Source: Diadema antillarum (Eukaryota). From it: a DNA stretch of 64,000 bases. The notes beneath the pieces were generated by a model. That model was not told where the DNA came from, made no database searches, and saw only the letters and a list, made by a program, of their open reading frames with translations. This document shows positions 47,086 to 60,914 of this stretch, piece after piece (position 1 is the stretch's first letter; every line of letters starts with the position of its first letter). The stretch lies in NCBI RefSeq assembly GCF_040938485.1, contig NW_027270975.1:1302001-1366000 (forward strand), written 5' to 3'. The translations under genes were made by a program, and so were the position numbers.

Positions 47086-48108
47086 ATGACGTGTAGGCAA
47101 TTATCAATGGCAAACAATGGATTGTCATAAGTTAAATTATGATATGCTTGGCTTTTTCTCATTTACTTTAAAACTTGAACTTCATGGCATTATATTGTGT
47201 GCAAAGGAGAGTGATTGGCAAATTTTCAAGCAGTTAATGTTGCTTATTTTCAGTCTTTCTCGGTTCATTTGGCACATGGAAGGGATACATTGGCCACTGG
47301 TAATGCAGTAGAAGAATGACAAGATTGAATTTTTGGTTTTAAGTTGCAACACTTACCTGAGGGAGTATTATTCTACCTTATCTACATGTACATTTTTCTA
47401 GAAGCTGCAGTAAACAAAAATATGGACATTTTTGAGAGCATCTAAATTTCCCACAAGGTATTTTTTTTCTCTCTCCATTACAGAACCCAATGCAATCTCC
47501 ACAAGAGATGTGTTTTATCCTATTTATTTATCCATTTTGAAAGCAGAGGACTTTCCAGAAAAAGCTATTGTCCATAGGTTGCATGTATATGTGTATGTGT
47601 GTGTATATATATTTATGTATTTATATAATGTGTGTATCTAGCTTTTGAACAGGACTGCAATTAAATCTAAATTCTGCCTAGAATAATGTGAGATGTCTAA
47701 AAGGCTTTCTTAAAAGTCCCAGTGCTTCCAAGGATAAATGTAGTATAATGCAAGTCTATAAATCTTCCGAAGCACAAAACAAAAATGCAATTGAATGCAT
47801 TTGACAGGAAATGGACCATCTTGTGTGTTCAAATAGTTCTTGACCAGGAAATAGATATTGGAATGCTCCTAAAAGACAAAAATCATGTCTGCTTGACTTA
47901 GAACTGCAATATGTTTTGTTCTTGACTGGCAGGTAAAGTCAAGATCCCAGCAGCCTTGAAATCCAAACAAATCGAAAACATTTTTACAAAACTGAAATTG
48001 CACATTAAGGAACACTTTAGTCTATTGAGAAACCATTATTTAGTCAAGATGCTTTTTGCTTTCCACTGTCATGTAAACATTACCATTACATGGTCAGGAA
48101 ATAAAAAC

Positions 48109-48501
48109 TTAAAAGGATAGTATAGTTTTGGCTGAAAAGGGGATTTAGGTTGTAACTTTTTGCACGAGAATTAGAAACCTCCTATATAAGATATTAAGGA
48201 ACATACATTTTAAAGAGGATTTAAAGTATATTTGATGAATGTAATTGGTTTTGAAATGGCTGAGGTATCCACAAACAAAGAAAAACAAAGTGGTCCAAAC
48301 AAAAGGTGGGTCCCATCTTTTGTTAGGCCCTCTTTGTTTTTGGATATCTCAGCCTTTTCAAAACCGATATTCATCAAATAAACTTTTAATTCCTAGTAGA
48401 ATCATATGCTCTTTCATTTCATATGTAAGTGCTTTCTAATTATCTCACAAAAAGTTGCAACCAAAATCCCCATCTCAATCAAAACTATATTATCCCTTTA
48501 A
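48109..48501. mobile_element. Family A MITE, copy 2
   Basis: TTAA|aaggatagtatagttttgg ... caaaactatattatccct|TTAA; shares the ttttgaaatggcNgagNtatcc core with copy 1. Confidence 0.85.
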
Positions 48502-48979
48502 AAGTCTGTAAAGCTATGACAAACACAGAGCAAGATAGAAGGAATACCTGGCACTGACATAAATCATCTCAGATGTCATTGTTACAAAAGTCAATATTTT
48601 TGCCACATTCATTGATCATCATTTTGAAAGAAATGAATATACTCCATAAATATTTTCATTTGATGAAAGCATTGAAAGCATTAATTGCATAATGAAACTA
48701 AATTTAGATTTATCATTTGAACACACAAAAGTAAAGTTATGACTCTCTATATAGGGCCTACCAGTGAGTCAGCTGACTTGAATCTCAGAATAGCCGCCCC
48801 ACAGTCATGTGACACCTGTGTTATTAGGTAACTTTATCCCTGTTTTCGTTTCTTGTTAGTGTTGCTTATTTCATTTTCTATGCCTCTGCCCAAAATGTAT
48901 CACATGCCGACACTGCAAAGTAAGATGTTTTCACAGCATAAAATTTTGCAGGAATTGGAGCTGACAGGCTGACAAGTAC

Positions 48980-49470
48980 TAGAGGTTATGCCATGTGATG
49001 CGCGGACAACAATATAAAGAAAATATAAAGGGAATTCCACAAAAATTATCATTTCTAGCATAATGAAAGAGAACTTGACTAACTGCTTTCAGAAAGCAGG
49101 GGAATAATTGCTACCCGTGACATATGTCAGTATCAAGTTGATGGAATATGTAATTTTCATGAAAAATTAATTTTTGTGGAATTCCTTTGATATTTTCTGT
49201 TAACCCGTTGAGGACGAGTCCCGAGTATACTCGGACAAGCGTCTATGGGAAATGCATGTTGTAGAAAAATCAAACGGTCCTCAACTTGTTAATTGTCCAC
49301 ACATGATGTCATGAACTCTAGTAGTCTCCTCATCCAGCGGTTCCAACAACAAAACTTTAAAAAATAATAACTTTTGCAGCGATTGTCCGATTTTCCTCAA
49401 ACTTTCACTGATGTGTTCTCCTATTAAATGTGCAGCTTTCACTCAGTCCACATTTATCTGTTCCTTTCAT
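48980..49470. mobile_element. Truncated family B MITE (centre and right arm) hosting a family P insertion
   Basis: Aligns with the centre and right arm of 49498-50065 (gctttcagaaagcagggg, ctagtagtctcctcatccagcggttccaac). Confidence 0.82.
49200..49292. mobile_element. Family P mini-MITE (copy 3) nested in a family B copy
   Basis: TTAA-cccgttgaggac...gtcctcaacttg-TTAA within family B sequence 48980-49470. Confidence 0.8.
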
Positions 49471-49497
49471 ACTGAGGACTGTAATTGCTGTATGTCA

Positions 49498-50065
49498 TTA
49501 AAGGGAAGGTAAACCCAAAGAGCAATGTGGATTGAGTGAAAGCAGCAACATTAGTAGAACACATCAGTGAAAGTTTGAGGAAAATCGGACAATCGATGCA
49601 AAAGTTATGAATTTTTAAAGTTTTGGTGTTGGAACCGCTGGATGAGGAGACTACTAGAGGATATGACGTATGAGTGGACAACAATACAAAGAAAATATAA
49701 AGGAAATTCAACAAAAATTCACTTTTCTAGAATTATGAAAGAGCAGTGGACCAACCGCTTTCAGAAAGCAGGGGGAATAATAGCTACCCTTAACATATGT
49801 CAATATCAAGTTGATGGAATGTGTAATTTTCATGAAAAATGGTTTTTTTTGTAGTATTTTCTTTATATTTTCTTGGTATTGTTGTCCACTCATACGTCAT
49901 AACCTCTAGTAGTCTCCTCATCCAGCGGTTCCAACACCAAAACTTTAAAAATTCATAACTTTTGCATCGATTGTCCGATTTTCTTCAAACTTTCACTGAT
50001 GTGTGCTACTAATGTTGCTGCTTTCACTCAATCCACATTGTTCTTGGGGTTTATCTTCCCTTTAA
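49498..50065. mobile_element. Family B MITE, copy 2 (near-perfect arms of about 200 bp)
   Basis: TTAA|agggaaggtaaacc ... gtttatcttccct|TTAA; arms differ by only a few bases. Confidence 0.9.
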
Positions 50066-50211
50066 TGTTGGATCAATATTGTATTTTTTATTGGTATATA
50101 TTGTATTCTTTATTTGGTATATAGGCCCTATTTGTTTTTGTTTACCATTTTCTTCTTTGTTGAAATATTTGAATATGTATATGTATGTAAATATATGATA
50201 TCTTCTCATTT

Positions 50212-50289
50212 TTGAAGCGCCATGAGCACTGAAAAGTGGATCTGTGCGCTATACAAGTAGCCACTATTATTATTATTATTATTATTATT
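50212..50289 (+). mobile_element. 3' end of a SINE/LINE with L2-type tail
   Basis: tgaagcgccatgagcac...gcgctatacaag followed by (ATT)n. Confidence 0.65.
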
Positions 50290-53257
50290 TCTCTTTGGGT
50301 TTTAGTTTCCTTTAATAAGTTAAATGTGTGCACACATGACAAGGCAGAATTGTGCACTTTCATGCATGTATATGCTTAAGCCAAACCCCCAGAGTTTGTT
50401 AGTATACCCCAGTGCTGAAAAAAAAACAAAACCTGTATCTCATTCATCGCTTCATAATCCGCATTGATCAGGACCCAAGTGCCTGAAGCAGTACAAGAGA
50501 CCTAAGTGTTTGAACCCCTCCGACTTCTCAGGATGGGGTTTCCCTCTGTGAGTTCACTCACCTGTCTGTCCCATCGATGCAGGGTTTTGTGCCCAGGCAG
50601 TCACCCATTTGATCTGAAGTGAAAGGGGCTGATGATGTCACCCCCCCCCCCCCTTCCTCTTAGCTATTGAAAGTGAAAAGACTCGAAGTATCGATTTTTC
50701 CGAAGGGTTCATAGGTGATGAGATGGGTACACCTGATGGTGCGAGAGGGAAATAAATTCAAAGAAAAGAAGTTGCATTCTCACTCCCATCCTTCAAAGTG
50801 TCCCTGGAAAAAAGTTTTTTTGCGAAGACAAGGTAAAATCTGTTGCTAAAACTACCTATGAAAATTTCACATAATTAAGTTGCAGTCAGAATAACCCCAC
50901 ATCCAAATTGTCACAATTTTTTTAGTACAATCCCTAATTTGCTCAAACTTTTGCTGATCTCTAGTTTTGATTTTTCTGAGTTTTTTTTTAAGCTGTTTAA
51001 TATTTGTGTAAAGAGATTTTGTTTTGCATGGAGAGTATAGTTATCAGTGTCCCAGTGCTATTACTCTTTGTAAGTAAACTCACATGCTCCATTTGTGTTA
51101 TCATAAACATCACTTGCTATGTAGAATGGTATGCCATCTTATAATATAAGGAAAATATAACAGGAAAAGGAAGACCAGAACTGTTCTTCAAGACAGATTC
51201 TCCATGAAGACTATATGTTAGGCATTAGGAAAATAAATCTTTGATGTGTAAATGGGTTTTCAAATTCTCACCACAATTATTGGGTAGTCACAGCTAAAAT
51301 GTGTCACAATTACTGTGATCGAGCAATAACAAAACGCATCTTCAGATAATGTAGAATGATGTGTCATCATGTTAAAGACTTGTGCTAAGATATATCACAG
51401 CAAACCTCAATTTCTTACTTCATGAACCTTCAGCATACAGAAGTTGCCCCTCATTTATCTGGAGGGATGTGGAATGGGATATTGTTATGTGATCAGTGTG
51501 CCTGGTTTCAAAGAGAAGGAAAATGGACAAGTATATAAGGAATACGTTTGCGCTCAGAATGAATTATGTGAATATGGAAGTGAATCATGGATAAGCAGAC
51601 TAGAGCAGTGACTTCATGATCCATTTTGAAGAAGAGGTCAAAGCATGCCTCCTTTCTACCATCTACCAGTTATAGGGGGTGGGTTATGTTATGGATTACC
51701 CCTTGTATTTCTTGAGGAAGAAAATGGGTTGTATTGTGTCATGGACCCTGAGCGGGCTTGATGATAAAGAAACATCCCATACAGTTAGCTGGTAGTCCAT
51801 TATCTTTCGTAGAACAGTGAGCACTCTTGTGTATCGCACATAATGGATTGAAAGGGGCTAGCAGCCTTCCACATGGACACAATAAGATGACCGATGACCG
51901 ACAGAGGGGACTGACCTGTAGTACGGAGTGATCAGTGCAACAATTTGAACTGCATTGCTATTTGGCTTTGAGAGATAATGTAATAAATGAGACCTGAACT
52001 TCTATCTACCATCTAAGAATTAGGCCTATACTGATGTAGGAGCTTTGAGATATGGTATATGTTTACATGTACATATTAGCATCTGTATTATAGTTCTGAC
52101 TTTAAGAATCTCTGAATGATAGTATTTACATGTTGTTGTTGTTTTGTATATTTTGCAAGGTTAGTGATGTATCTGCCATATTGGTGCAGCTCGTATCTGT
52201 TCAATGTAATAGTTTTTTTTTTTAATTCTATCAATTGCAAATTTTGATGAGTGTTGGCAGGAACAAGACAATGTCAAAAATTAGCCAGTACCAGGAGATA
52301 GAATGAAGGTAATTGAATTTAGAAGGCCTTGTGGTGATTAACCACTCTAAGAATTCTGGTTTAAATGTGATAACAATACGTTTATTTTGAGAAGGCTCTG
52401 GCTGTCATTTATTGTAAGCAGTGTTAAAAGTACAAAGTTTTGGTGTTCCTGACCCAGTGAGCCAGCAGAATTGAAGCCAAATTATGAAATTATGCTGGAG
52501 ACCATGTATGGAGCAAGTGCCAGTACAGATATGGCTATTCTTATGTTACTTTTTCGGGTAACATTTTTTAGCAATATACCATGGTACTAATGTCCAAATT
52601 CCTTGAGTTAAAAAGAAAATGAATGGACAGGAAATTCAAGTGGAAATTCACTGCCATCTTTTCTGAACTAACCAGGCAATCTTGTGGGCATTGATATTCC
52701 CACAGTCAGATGGGTGGTTTTGTTTTTTTTTGGTTTTTTTTTTGGTTTTTTTTATTTTTTTAGATATGGGCAGGTTTGCAAACAAGTCACTACCTTTAAA
52801 AGTTGAGTTTAAAAAAAAAAGTGAATACCTAGCCCAGTTATGGCACAAAGAATGCCTGGAAACTCTCCGCACATCCCCCTCTCCTTAATTCAGTGAAACC
52901 AGAGTGTGATGGAATACTTCCGCTACCAATCAATACATCTCCACCAGTCCATCTTGATGACAAAGAATGAGTGTGGATGGACCATTAAAGAGAAAGGGAA
53001 AGAGCCTTTGGGATTAATGACATGATGAGGCGCAGTAAAAGCCCCCACACACTTGTGGCCAAGAAAAGGATCAAGGAGATAAGGATAGATGGATCAAGAG
53101 GACTGGGAGAATGTGGTTAGGAAAGGTTAACCGTGGACTGCAAAGGAATGCACTTCATAGGATGAACAGTATGCTAAAACATGGACACTCAGATCATAGG
53201 TCAGCTATATGAGGTCAAATATTGGTGAAGCATGCCAGGATCCAAAATTGTACTCTT

Positions 53258-53420
53258 TTAAAGGGAACATTTCTCTCAGAATGCAGTGGATGGCGTGAAT
53301 TGAGGAAAATTAGTTCAACACTTGGTAAATGTGTGAAGAAAATCAGACAATCCAATCAAAAGTTGTATGATTACATGTTTAATAAGTTCTATGTTCTGCC
53401 ATCCAAGATGGGAGCATCAA
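53258..53420. mobile_element. Diverged fragment resembling the family B left arm
   Basis: TTAA|agggaacat...gaagaaaatcagacaatccaatcaaaagtt matches gaggaaaatcagacaatccgttcaaaagtt in copy 1. Confidence 0.45.
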
Positions 53421-53729
53421 TATGCTGTCAGATAGTACAACAATGTGTAGAGAAATTCATGGATTTTATTATCCTTGGACAAAATTTTCACAACCAAGGT
53501 TCATTGCCCTTATCAATGATAATCATTTTATCATACTGTATTTGAGTAACCTACACTAGTAGTGCATGAATATATTCTGAAAATGTACTCTGAATTTCCA
53601 CTCTTAGATGAGGCGATTCATGATTCTGTAGATATTTAGCAAAGTCAAGATTTCTTGATGTGCCACTTTGAGGACGTTGTGAGAAATTTCCTTGTGAATG
53701 CCAATATGTCCTTGCATAGCAAGATATTA

Positions 53730-55944
53730 GGCCAAGTAAAAAAAGAAACCAGTTTCTCGTCCTCGCGCGCATCGATTTTGGCCGCCGCATCGATTTTTTT
53801 ACTATTTACTATTTTCAAAATGGCGCTGAAAATACCAAGAAATTCATAATTCTCGTCCTAGCCCGCTCCCCGCCCGCATCGATTTTCAGTTGCCGCATCG
53901 ACTTTTTTGATATTTACTATTTTTTCGGCCGTGTCTGTAACTTGCTAGCTGTCCAAATCGGGTCCCCAGGTCATCGCACGCATGAACACATTCGAATGTG
54001 TAGAGGCCCATACACTCTGCTCTGTAACGCTGCATCTGACGGCGATGTATTTTGAAGAGAAAATGAGTGCGCTTTTCCAGCAAATGTGGATTATAAAATG
54101 GGTGTATCTACAAAATAAACAACTTTTCCACGGATTCTGGTTTGTATCGTATTTCTGCGGGATACTTTTCTTTACGACGTAAATTCACGGACACGGCCGT
54201 GAATCGTAACATCTGCAGTGTGGTATACAGGGCAGGTGAAGCTCGGTATATAAAACGAACACTGCTATAACGAGATATCGGTTATTACGAGGAAATTTTC
54301 CCGGTCCCAAATTTCCTTCCACACAAGTCCATGTAAAATGCTACTCTTATAGCGAGATTGGCTATAACGAAATAACTGCTATAACGAGATAAATTTTGTG
54401 ATTTCCAAACAAAGAAAAACATAGCCAATCAAACCTGATATAGCGAGGTAAAGCAAAATGTCTTCGGGTAAAGCTAACTTCGCCTGTGCTATCACGGTCC
54501 GAGATTGTAAAGCTCGATGCGCCAAAAACTGTCTTGTACACACACATTTTCTTCATGACAGTTCACTCTACAGCTATCACCGCATGTTGCATGTTTATGT
54601 GTGTGTGTGTGTGTGCGCGCGCACTGATACATGCAGAAAATGTGGTGGGACGGCCGTATACATGACATCATCATGACGTTTAGCAAGTGTGAGGCAATCT
54701 GATGCTGTGATTGGCTTTCTACGTAGGGAATTCCCCATCTACACACACACATGCAGTCATAATGTACATACAGAATGTGTCACACACACACAGAGCATTG
54801 TGCAGACCATATTCAAGCTTTCCACACACAACACCCATACCATAACCACATACCAATCCACAGACGATCTTCACACAATCGCAAGCTATGTAGATTTACA
54901 AATTCAAATACCGGTATCTATTCTCCAATTAATAAGAAAAACATTCTTGATATCGGATTTCATTGGCGAAAAAAAAAACATCTTCTTACCCATAAAGGTG
55001 AGTAATTACCTCACACACATTAGCAAGTTATCAGTATTGATTGAAAGATGATGGGTAGTCCCACGTGTGCAAATTAATGTCTTTATGTTATGCCTTCTTT
55101 TATGCCTACTGATATAACGAGATATCGGCTATAACGAGGAACACGACTCGTACCCGATCATCTCGTTATATCGAGTTTCCACTTGTACAATCATCATCCA
55201 AATGATGAGTGATTATCAAATGTCTTTTTAGAACATGAAGAAACATCTTTGTTTAATGCTATAATGCCATAAATCATATCATTTTGACATCCATCTGCAA
55301 TTGTACAAGCCAGTTTCCAGTTGAATGTGCTACAATTGTACTGTGAAGAAATGCATATACATACACTGTACCAGCTGTGTGGACACAAAATGTCACAAAC
55401 ACAATAATAAATAAAGCAGTGTTTTGAATATCATGGAATTTATTTCAGTCGTACATTTGTTGAAAGACATGTTTTATACCTGTTTCAATTAATAGCACAA
55501 TACATCAGAATTGCAAGTACACTGGTATCAGAAATGCCATTACAACACTAAATACCAGTATTAAGATGGTCATTTTCCCTTGACATCTGTACTGGAAAGA
55601 AAGAGCAAATGTATTTCTGCATGCATGAAGTTTCATTTAAAGTATGGTACATATATCTATTTGTTTGACAATGTTTGAGAGTGCAGGCAAGACATACACT
55701 TGGGACCTGGTTTTTCATAACACAGCTACCACTTAACAGAGTGATATTTCATTTCATAAATTGGATATAGAAAAGAGTAAAGCCCTCTCTCGTTACTTTT
55801 CTCAGAATTACCGGACGAGAAACACATATTACTTTCATTTTGACGATCCTCGAAAAAATAGTAAGATATCAAATAGTAAGGACCTCCCTCATCGCCTTGC
55901 TCAAAAAACCCGGACGAGAAACTACTTTCTTTTTTTACTTGGCC
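53730..55944. mobile_element. 2.2-kb non-autonomous DNA transposon, Zator- or PIF/Harbinger-like
   Basis: 33-bp TIRs GGCCAAGTAAAAAAAGAAA(CC/GT)AGTTTCTCGTCC with 2 mismatches; TTA duplicated at 53727-53729 and 55945-55947. Confidence 0.82.
54226..55187. mobile_element. pogo/Tigger-like non-autonomous element nested in the 53730-55944 element
   Basis: Imperfect TA-flanked termini tacag..gtgaagctcggtata / tatatcgagtttccacttgta; repeated subterminal tataacgag motifs at both ends. Confidence 0.7.
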
Positions 55945-58900
55945 TTAGTATGAATAGTTTCATTCATAAATTTTATGCCAATTAACACACACACAGCCAT
56001 GGACACCACATACACACTCTGCACAGAATGTGATAACGATCATTCAAGGTTAAACACTTTGTCTGTCTAGTGACACAAATTCAAGGCTGCGTAGACCAGC
56101 AATACATTGAACTTGTCACCCTTGCACATTGGCCTTGCCTACCTGTCATAGTTTCTTACCGGGCAGCATATTAAAATTGGCTCGTGTACCACCACCTTCT
56201 TCACATCACTAAGGTAGATGCAATAAAAGAACTTGTCAACCCACACGACAGATGTGAGAACTTCAAAAGGCATTTTATGACTTCTGTTTTGATAAGGCTA
56301 GGGAAGACTGGGTTTGGCTGGCCCTGTGTGAAAGAAGTCAGCGGCATACATGGCAGTCGATTTTAGGAGAGGTGTTTCTTTGAATGACGCGAAAAATACC
56401 TGGAGGGTGACATGTGCCACTTATTGTGCAAGGACATTCACAATTTGTAAATTTCATTTTGAAAAGCAGGTTGCAAAGTTAGGAGTTGAGGACGTTTGCT
56501 TCATCGCTCCTTGTGAAATATTGTTCAATCTATATCTCTCTCTTCTCTTTCTCTTTTTCTTTTGCTCTTTTTTTTTTTCTCTCTCTCACTCTCTCCATCC
56601 TTCCCTTTTTCATATTATTTTTAATACAGCAATACATAATTTTGTGGTTGATAAGCTGTTTAGTGTGAATTTTCCCAAATGGAAAAAAAAAAGCAGTAAT
56701 GGTTATGGCTTCATTTCCCCCCCCCCTTTTTTTTGGAGGGGGAATAAGATTTTGACTTAACTCAACTGAATTTTTAGTGGGTAGTTGGAGCTAGAGCATG
56801 AAATGCAAGCCGTAATGAGGTGTAGGCTTTGCATCCAATGATTTGTCATGAGGTTTGACTCATGATGATTTCTGAAGCACTATAATTTTTTGATGGTGAT
56901 TGGCTGTAGTTCTTCTGCAGGCTTTGCAGATAATCATTCATGTTTGTGACCATTTATAGGCATATGTGGTGAATAACTTGTTTTATGATTAGTGATAAAA
57001 AAGGTGCTGTATGTGTACTACCTTTTTGTTGTGGGTTGATGCTATCTACTATTATATCTTGAGATGAATGCCCATAATGAGGAATTGATGACTGCCCTCC
57101 CCCCCCCAAAAAAAAAAACACCAAACAAACAAACAAACAGATAGATAAATGAATAATTGAAAATAGATTGCATGTGGACTGTAGACTCAGTCACTCTCTT
57201 GTGGTCAGTATGCATTTTACGGTAAAAAATTGAGCAATGCTTGAAATGATGGGATTTGTCCATAGAATGGATGCAATTGAAATTATGATAATTGCAAGAA
57301 GACTTTTAGGATCATAGATATGTCAGTCGCTTTTGAGGTACGTACAGAGAAGAGTTAGAAAACATAGTTTATTGACCTGTTATCACAAATTCATGATTAT
57401 GCTTAACATTTGCAGCAAAATTTGCCGAAATCACTTAAGTATTCTCAGTTTTCATGATAAAGGAATAAAAAGAAAGAAAGAAAGTACAACATTACTCAGG
57501 CTGTGTCTACATTCCAGTTAATCAATAATATTTTCTACAATGTTTGTTGGTTATATGCTTTTATCATTCCCCATTCATTTCATTTGGCAATATGCAATAA
57601 TACATGTCATGAATAACAACAGAACAGACAAAAATGTGGCAAGGAATCTTGTAAAGCAACCTGTGTTTATGATGAGAGTCTTTACATTCATGGAGGAAAA
57701 CTGGGAGTATTCCTGGGATGATACTGTGTCAGATCATTTTCTGTTCTCGATATTCTTGTTATCAATATTATTATCATCATTGTCATTGTTATTACAACTA
57801 CTACTATCATCACCATCATCACATTTATGAAAAAAGAAAATTGGTATTTCAATGAAAAGTACAATGTGATGGCATGAAGCATTAACAGGTAACTTGAAAA
57901 AACAAGTACCTGGTACATATGATAGATTACATTATTATTGACTGTGGGATGATTCAGAAGTAACAGTGTTAAGTGCAGTTGTGATACCAAAATACATAGT
58001 GTATGCAGTAGCACCAGCAGACATTACCACGTGTGTTTCTGTTCCCTTTCTCTGAAAGTGGGCTGATCCTCTGTGAAAGTTTCCACCAATGGCTTGCCAC
58101 TATGACTGCACACAGTCTGAGATCCCCGCCCACTCGCATACTAAAATAGTGAGGGTAGCCAACCATTGGAGCTTGAGTACATGCAGATAGGTACACATTT
58201 AGGGCATCCACGCATATACACACACACACACACAACTCTGCATTACAAGGTATGGGGATAAAATGTGTGCAGAGTGTGTAGGGTAGGTGTGTGTGTTTCG
58301 GTGCGGAGCTTTTGAACTGGTGCACAGAACTTGTTTTCCTGCCTTTATTTTTTTTTTTCTATCCCACCTCTTCCAGGCTTGTCACCTTTTCATGGTTATG
58401 TTTCTCTTTCTGTGGTGAGTAAACTAGTGTGTCTCCTAGCTGTGCTTGGAAGCAGACGACCAAGCAAGCTCTCGCTCTATTGGAGGCAGGAGAGACAATT
58501 GATTCATGAGTATATCTGCATCGTCTCTTACTTCCTTGCTTTCTCTCCACGAAGCACTCCTTGGATTTATAAAAGCTTGAAACACTTGGATTATAAAAAT
58601 ATTTGCATAGTTGCTGTCGTTATCAGTTGCTCAGGAAAAACAAAAATAAACAAGTCACATCAGTGTAGGTTACTGAATTTTATGTGGAACCATTACGTAG
58701 ATAGTCGCCAGTTTACGACGGAACTCCAATTTTGTGATACTCTTCTACAGCTTTGGATGGGGCACTTCATCGTCTTGCATCTTGTCCCTGTAGTTGTGGG
58801 GGTGTACAACTTTGCACCGTGATTGCTGTACTGTTGACTCACTGAACGGTACCAAATAGATCTCTCTGAGGGGGGACATTAAACTTGATGGGCATTGAAC

Positions 58901-59899
58901 CACCCTCGTGGTTTTAATTGTCTTCACGCTACAGTAGATTTGACGCCATTCACTAAACGGATGTATGGTCTACTCAGCAGGGCAGGGTGGAGTGTTTTCA
59001 TCAGGGAGATGTTCTCAGCATTATTTCCATCCTTCCCTGGCAGTTTGTGAAGTGTTTATCGCCTACCGGTCTTCACCTGTACTCTCAGGGTAGATTTCCA
59101 TTTCAGTGGGGGATCTGTACGTTAGCCGCTCCAGCAATCTCCAAGCTGGGAGGGTCTCTTGAGACACTCTCCCCTCACTCTTCTCCACCAGACCTCTCCA
59201 GACCGGAGCGAGGAAGCAGGGTAAATGCAGGGCATTAGAAGTGTCATCTATCCTCTTCCAAACAGAGAGCTTGCTCAGACGTGGTACTTTGTCTTTTCTC
59301 AGTGTAGGAGGAGCGATCGCTGAGAAAGGAAAACATTACAGGGGGAGAAGTGACTGGACACATGACTACCACTCCATCTGGCTCTGTTGATGTGTCATAA
59401 AAACAGGAGCTGCAAAAAAAAAAAAAAGATTTAATATCAGCACTTACTAGCCCTCTTAGATTCTGTCAGAAAGTGTGTATTTTTGGCAAAGGAGTGATTT
59501 GTCCTTTAAATTTGTGGATGCCTTTGAGGAGACTGGGTAAAGAAGAAGAGGGCATTGAGACATAAAAAAAAAACACAACTATCAACAACATAGATTGTCT
59601 GCTGTGCAGTGAAGTAAGTGTGTTCTGAGTGGATGCCGTATCTGAGTCTTCAGCCTGCACGAAAAGGAAATGTCTGTCATCTCCAAAGCTGAATGCTGAT
59701 GCTATCTGATCTCAGCGCTCTTGAAGTTGATTCAGGTTTAGGGATATCGCCTGACTAAAGTCACATCTTTTTTCATTCTTTGTTTTTTTCTTGACATCAT
59801 CCCATCAACCCAGCTTGCTCTTCAGAGACGGGTACGGGGAAAAGATGTCTCTCATCATAAAATAAAGGACAATCTTGTTCACCCTTTATGCGCTGGCAC

Positions 59900-60914
59900 A
59901 ACGTGAGTGCAGAAGAAGGTTTGAACTCATTTGGTGACTAAACACACACCTGGGGATCTCCTTTTGTGATCAGTTTTGTCCGTAATTAATGAAGAGGAAG
60001 AGGCTGAGACCAGAGTTTGTGCTAATTACCTCATCAGGCTAGAAGCGCTGGCTGCAAGGAAAGAGCTATACAGAAGAGAGAGAGAGAGCGAGAGCGCTTA
60101 GTACAGCAAGCGAGACAATAGGACTTCATCATATTAATCTGGCAGCTTTGCTCCAGGATTACTCAAGAAGCGCTCCGCCTCCAGCGCGTTTGTTGTCATA
60201 TCTCTCACAAAGACTGCATCGCTGTATGCAAACTCCACCGCTCATTTTGTCTTTCTCTCAAGACACTCCCCTTGACTGCCTTGCTTTCAGTGTACATCCT
60301 CAGAAAATTGCTTCCCTCGTGTGCACGGAAGAAGGGGGGAAAAAATCTTTCCGCATTTTATGCAGTAGCTTGGCTCCCTAGAAAGTTATGGAATGATTTA
60401 TGGTATATTCACCCCAGTGAAAGCCTGTGATTTATGATCTACTCGCCCTACTCTCATTCAAGTGGATTTTTTACCGTCTATTCTCGTTTCTTGTTCCATT
60501 CTGTGTATTTCATGGAAGTCCATCTGTCCTGAATTCAGTTGAGACTGTGTGGAGCTCTATAGGAATATTTGTCAATCAACTCTGTCCAACAGACTGCAGA
60601 CCCCCTCTCTGCTTGGAGCGTCACTTGTGCCTAGATTGAAATCTTCACAATGGTTGATAAACACGGACTCAGCCCTGACCGTTCAAGAAAGTTTTACTAC
60701 CCATTTGATTACAAGGAGCAGCTGTGCTGAGGTAGTATTGTGAGGATACGCATAATTGTGGTGTTCTTTCCATTCTGGAATTATTCATGTGAAAGTACGG
60801 TACATATTACCAGCTGAAGTGTTTAATTGTAGGTTACTCAGCTCCCTTTTAGTTGAAAGGAGTGAGGAATATATATTTTTTGCCATAAAAAACTAAAAAG
60901 ACAACCATTTGAAG
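59900..60914 (+). promoter_or_regulatory. Candidate internal promoter / 5' UTR region
   Basis: More GC/CpG than the surrounding intron by eye, (GA)n tract at about 60074-60096, no recognisable transposon, directly upstream of the ATG exon. Confidence 0.35.

Noticed and set aside
27402-47162. ORFs containing long X runs
   Set aside because: Artefacts of translating the two N-gaps.
58331-59238. Short ORFs on both strands upstream of the putative internal promoter
   Set aside because: No recognisable homology, motifs or splice pairing.
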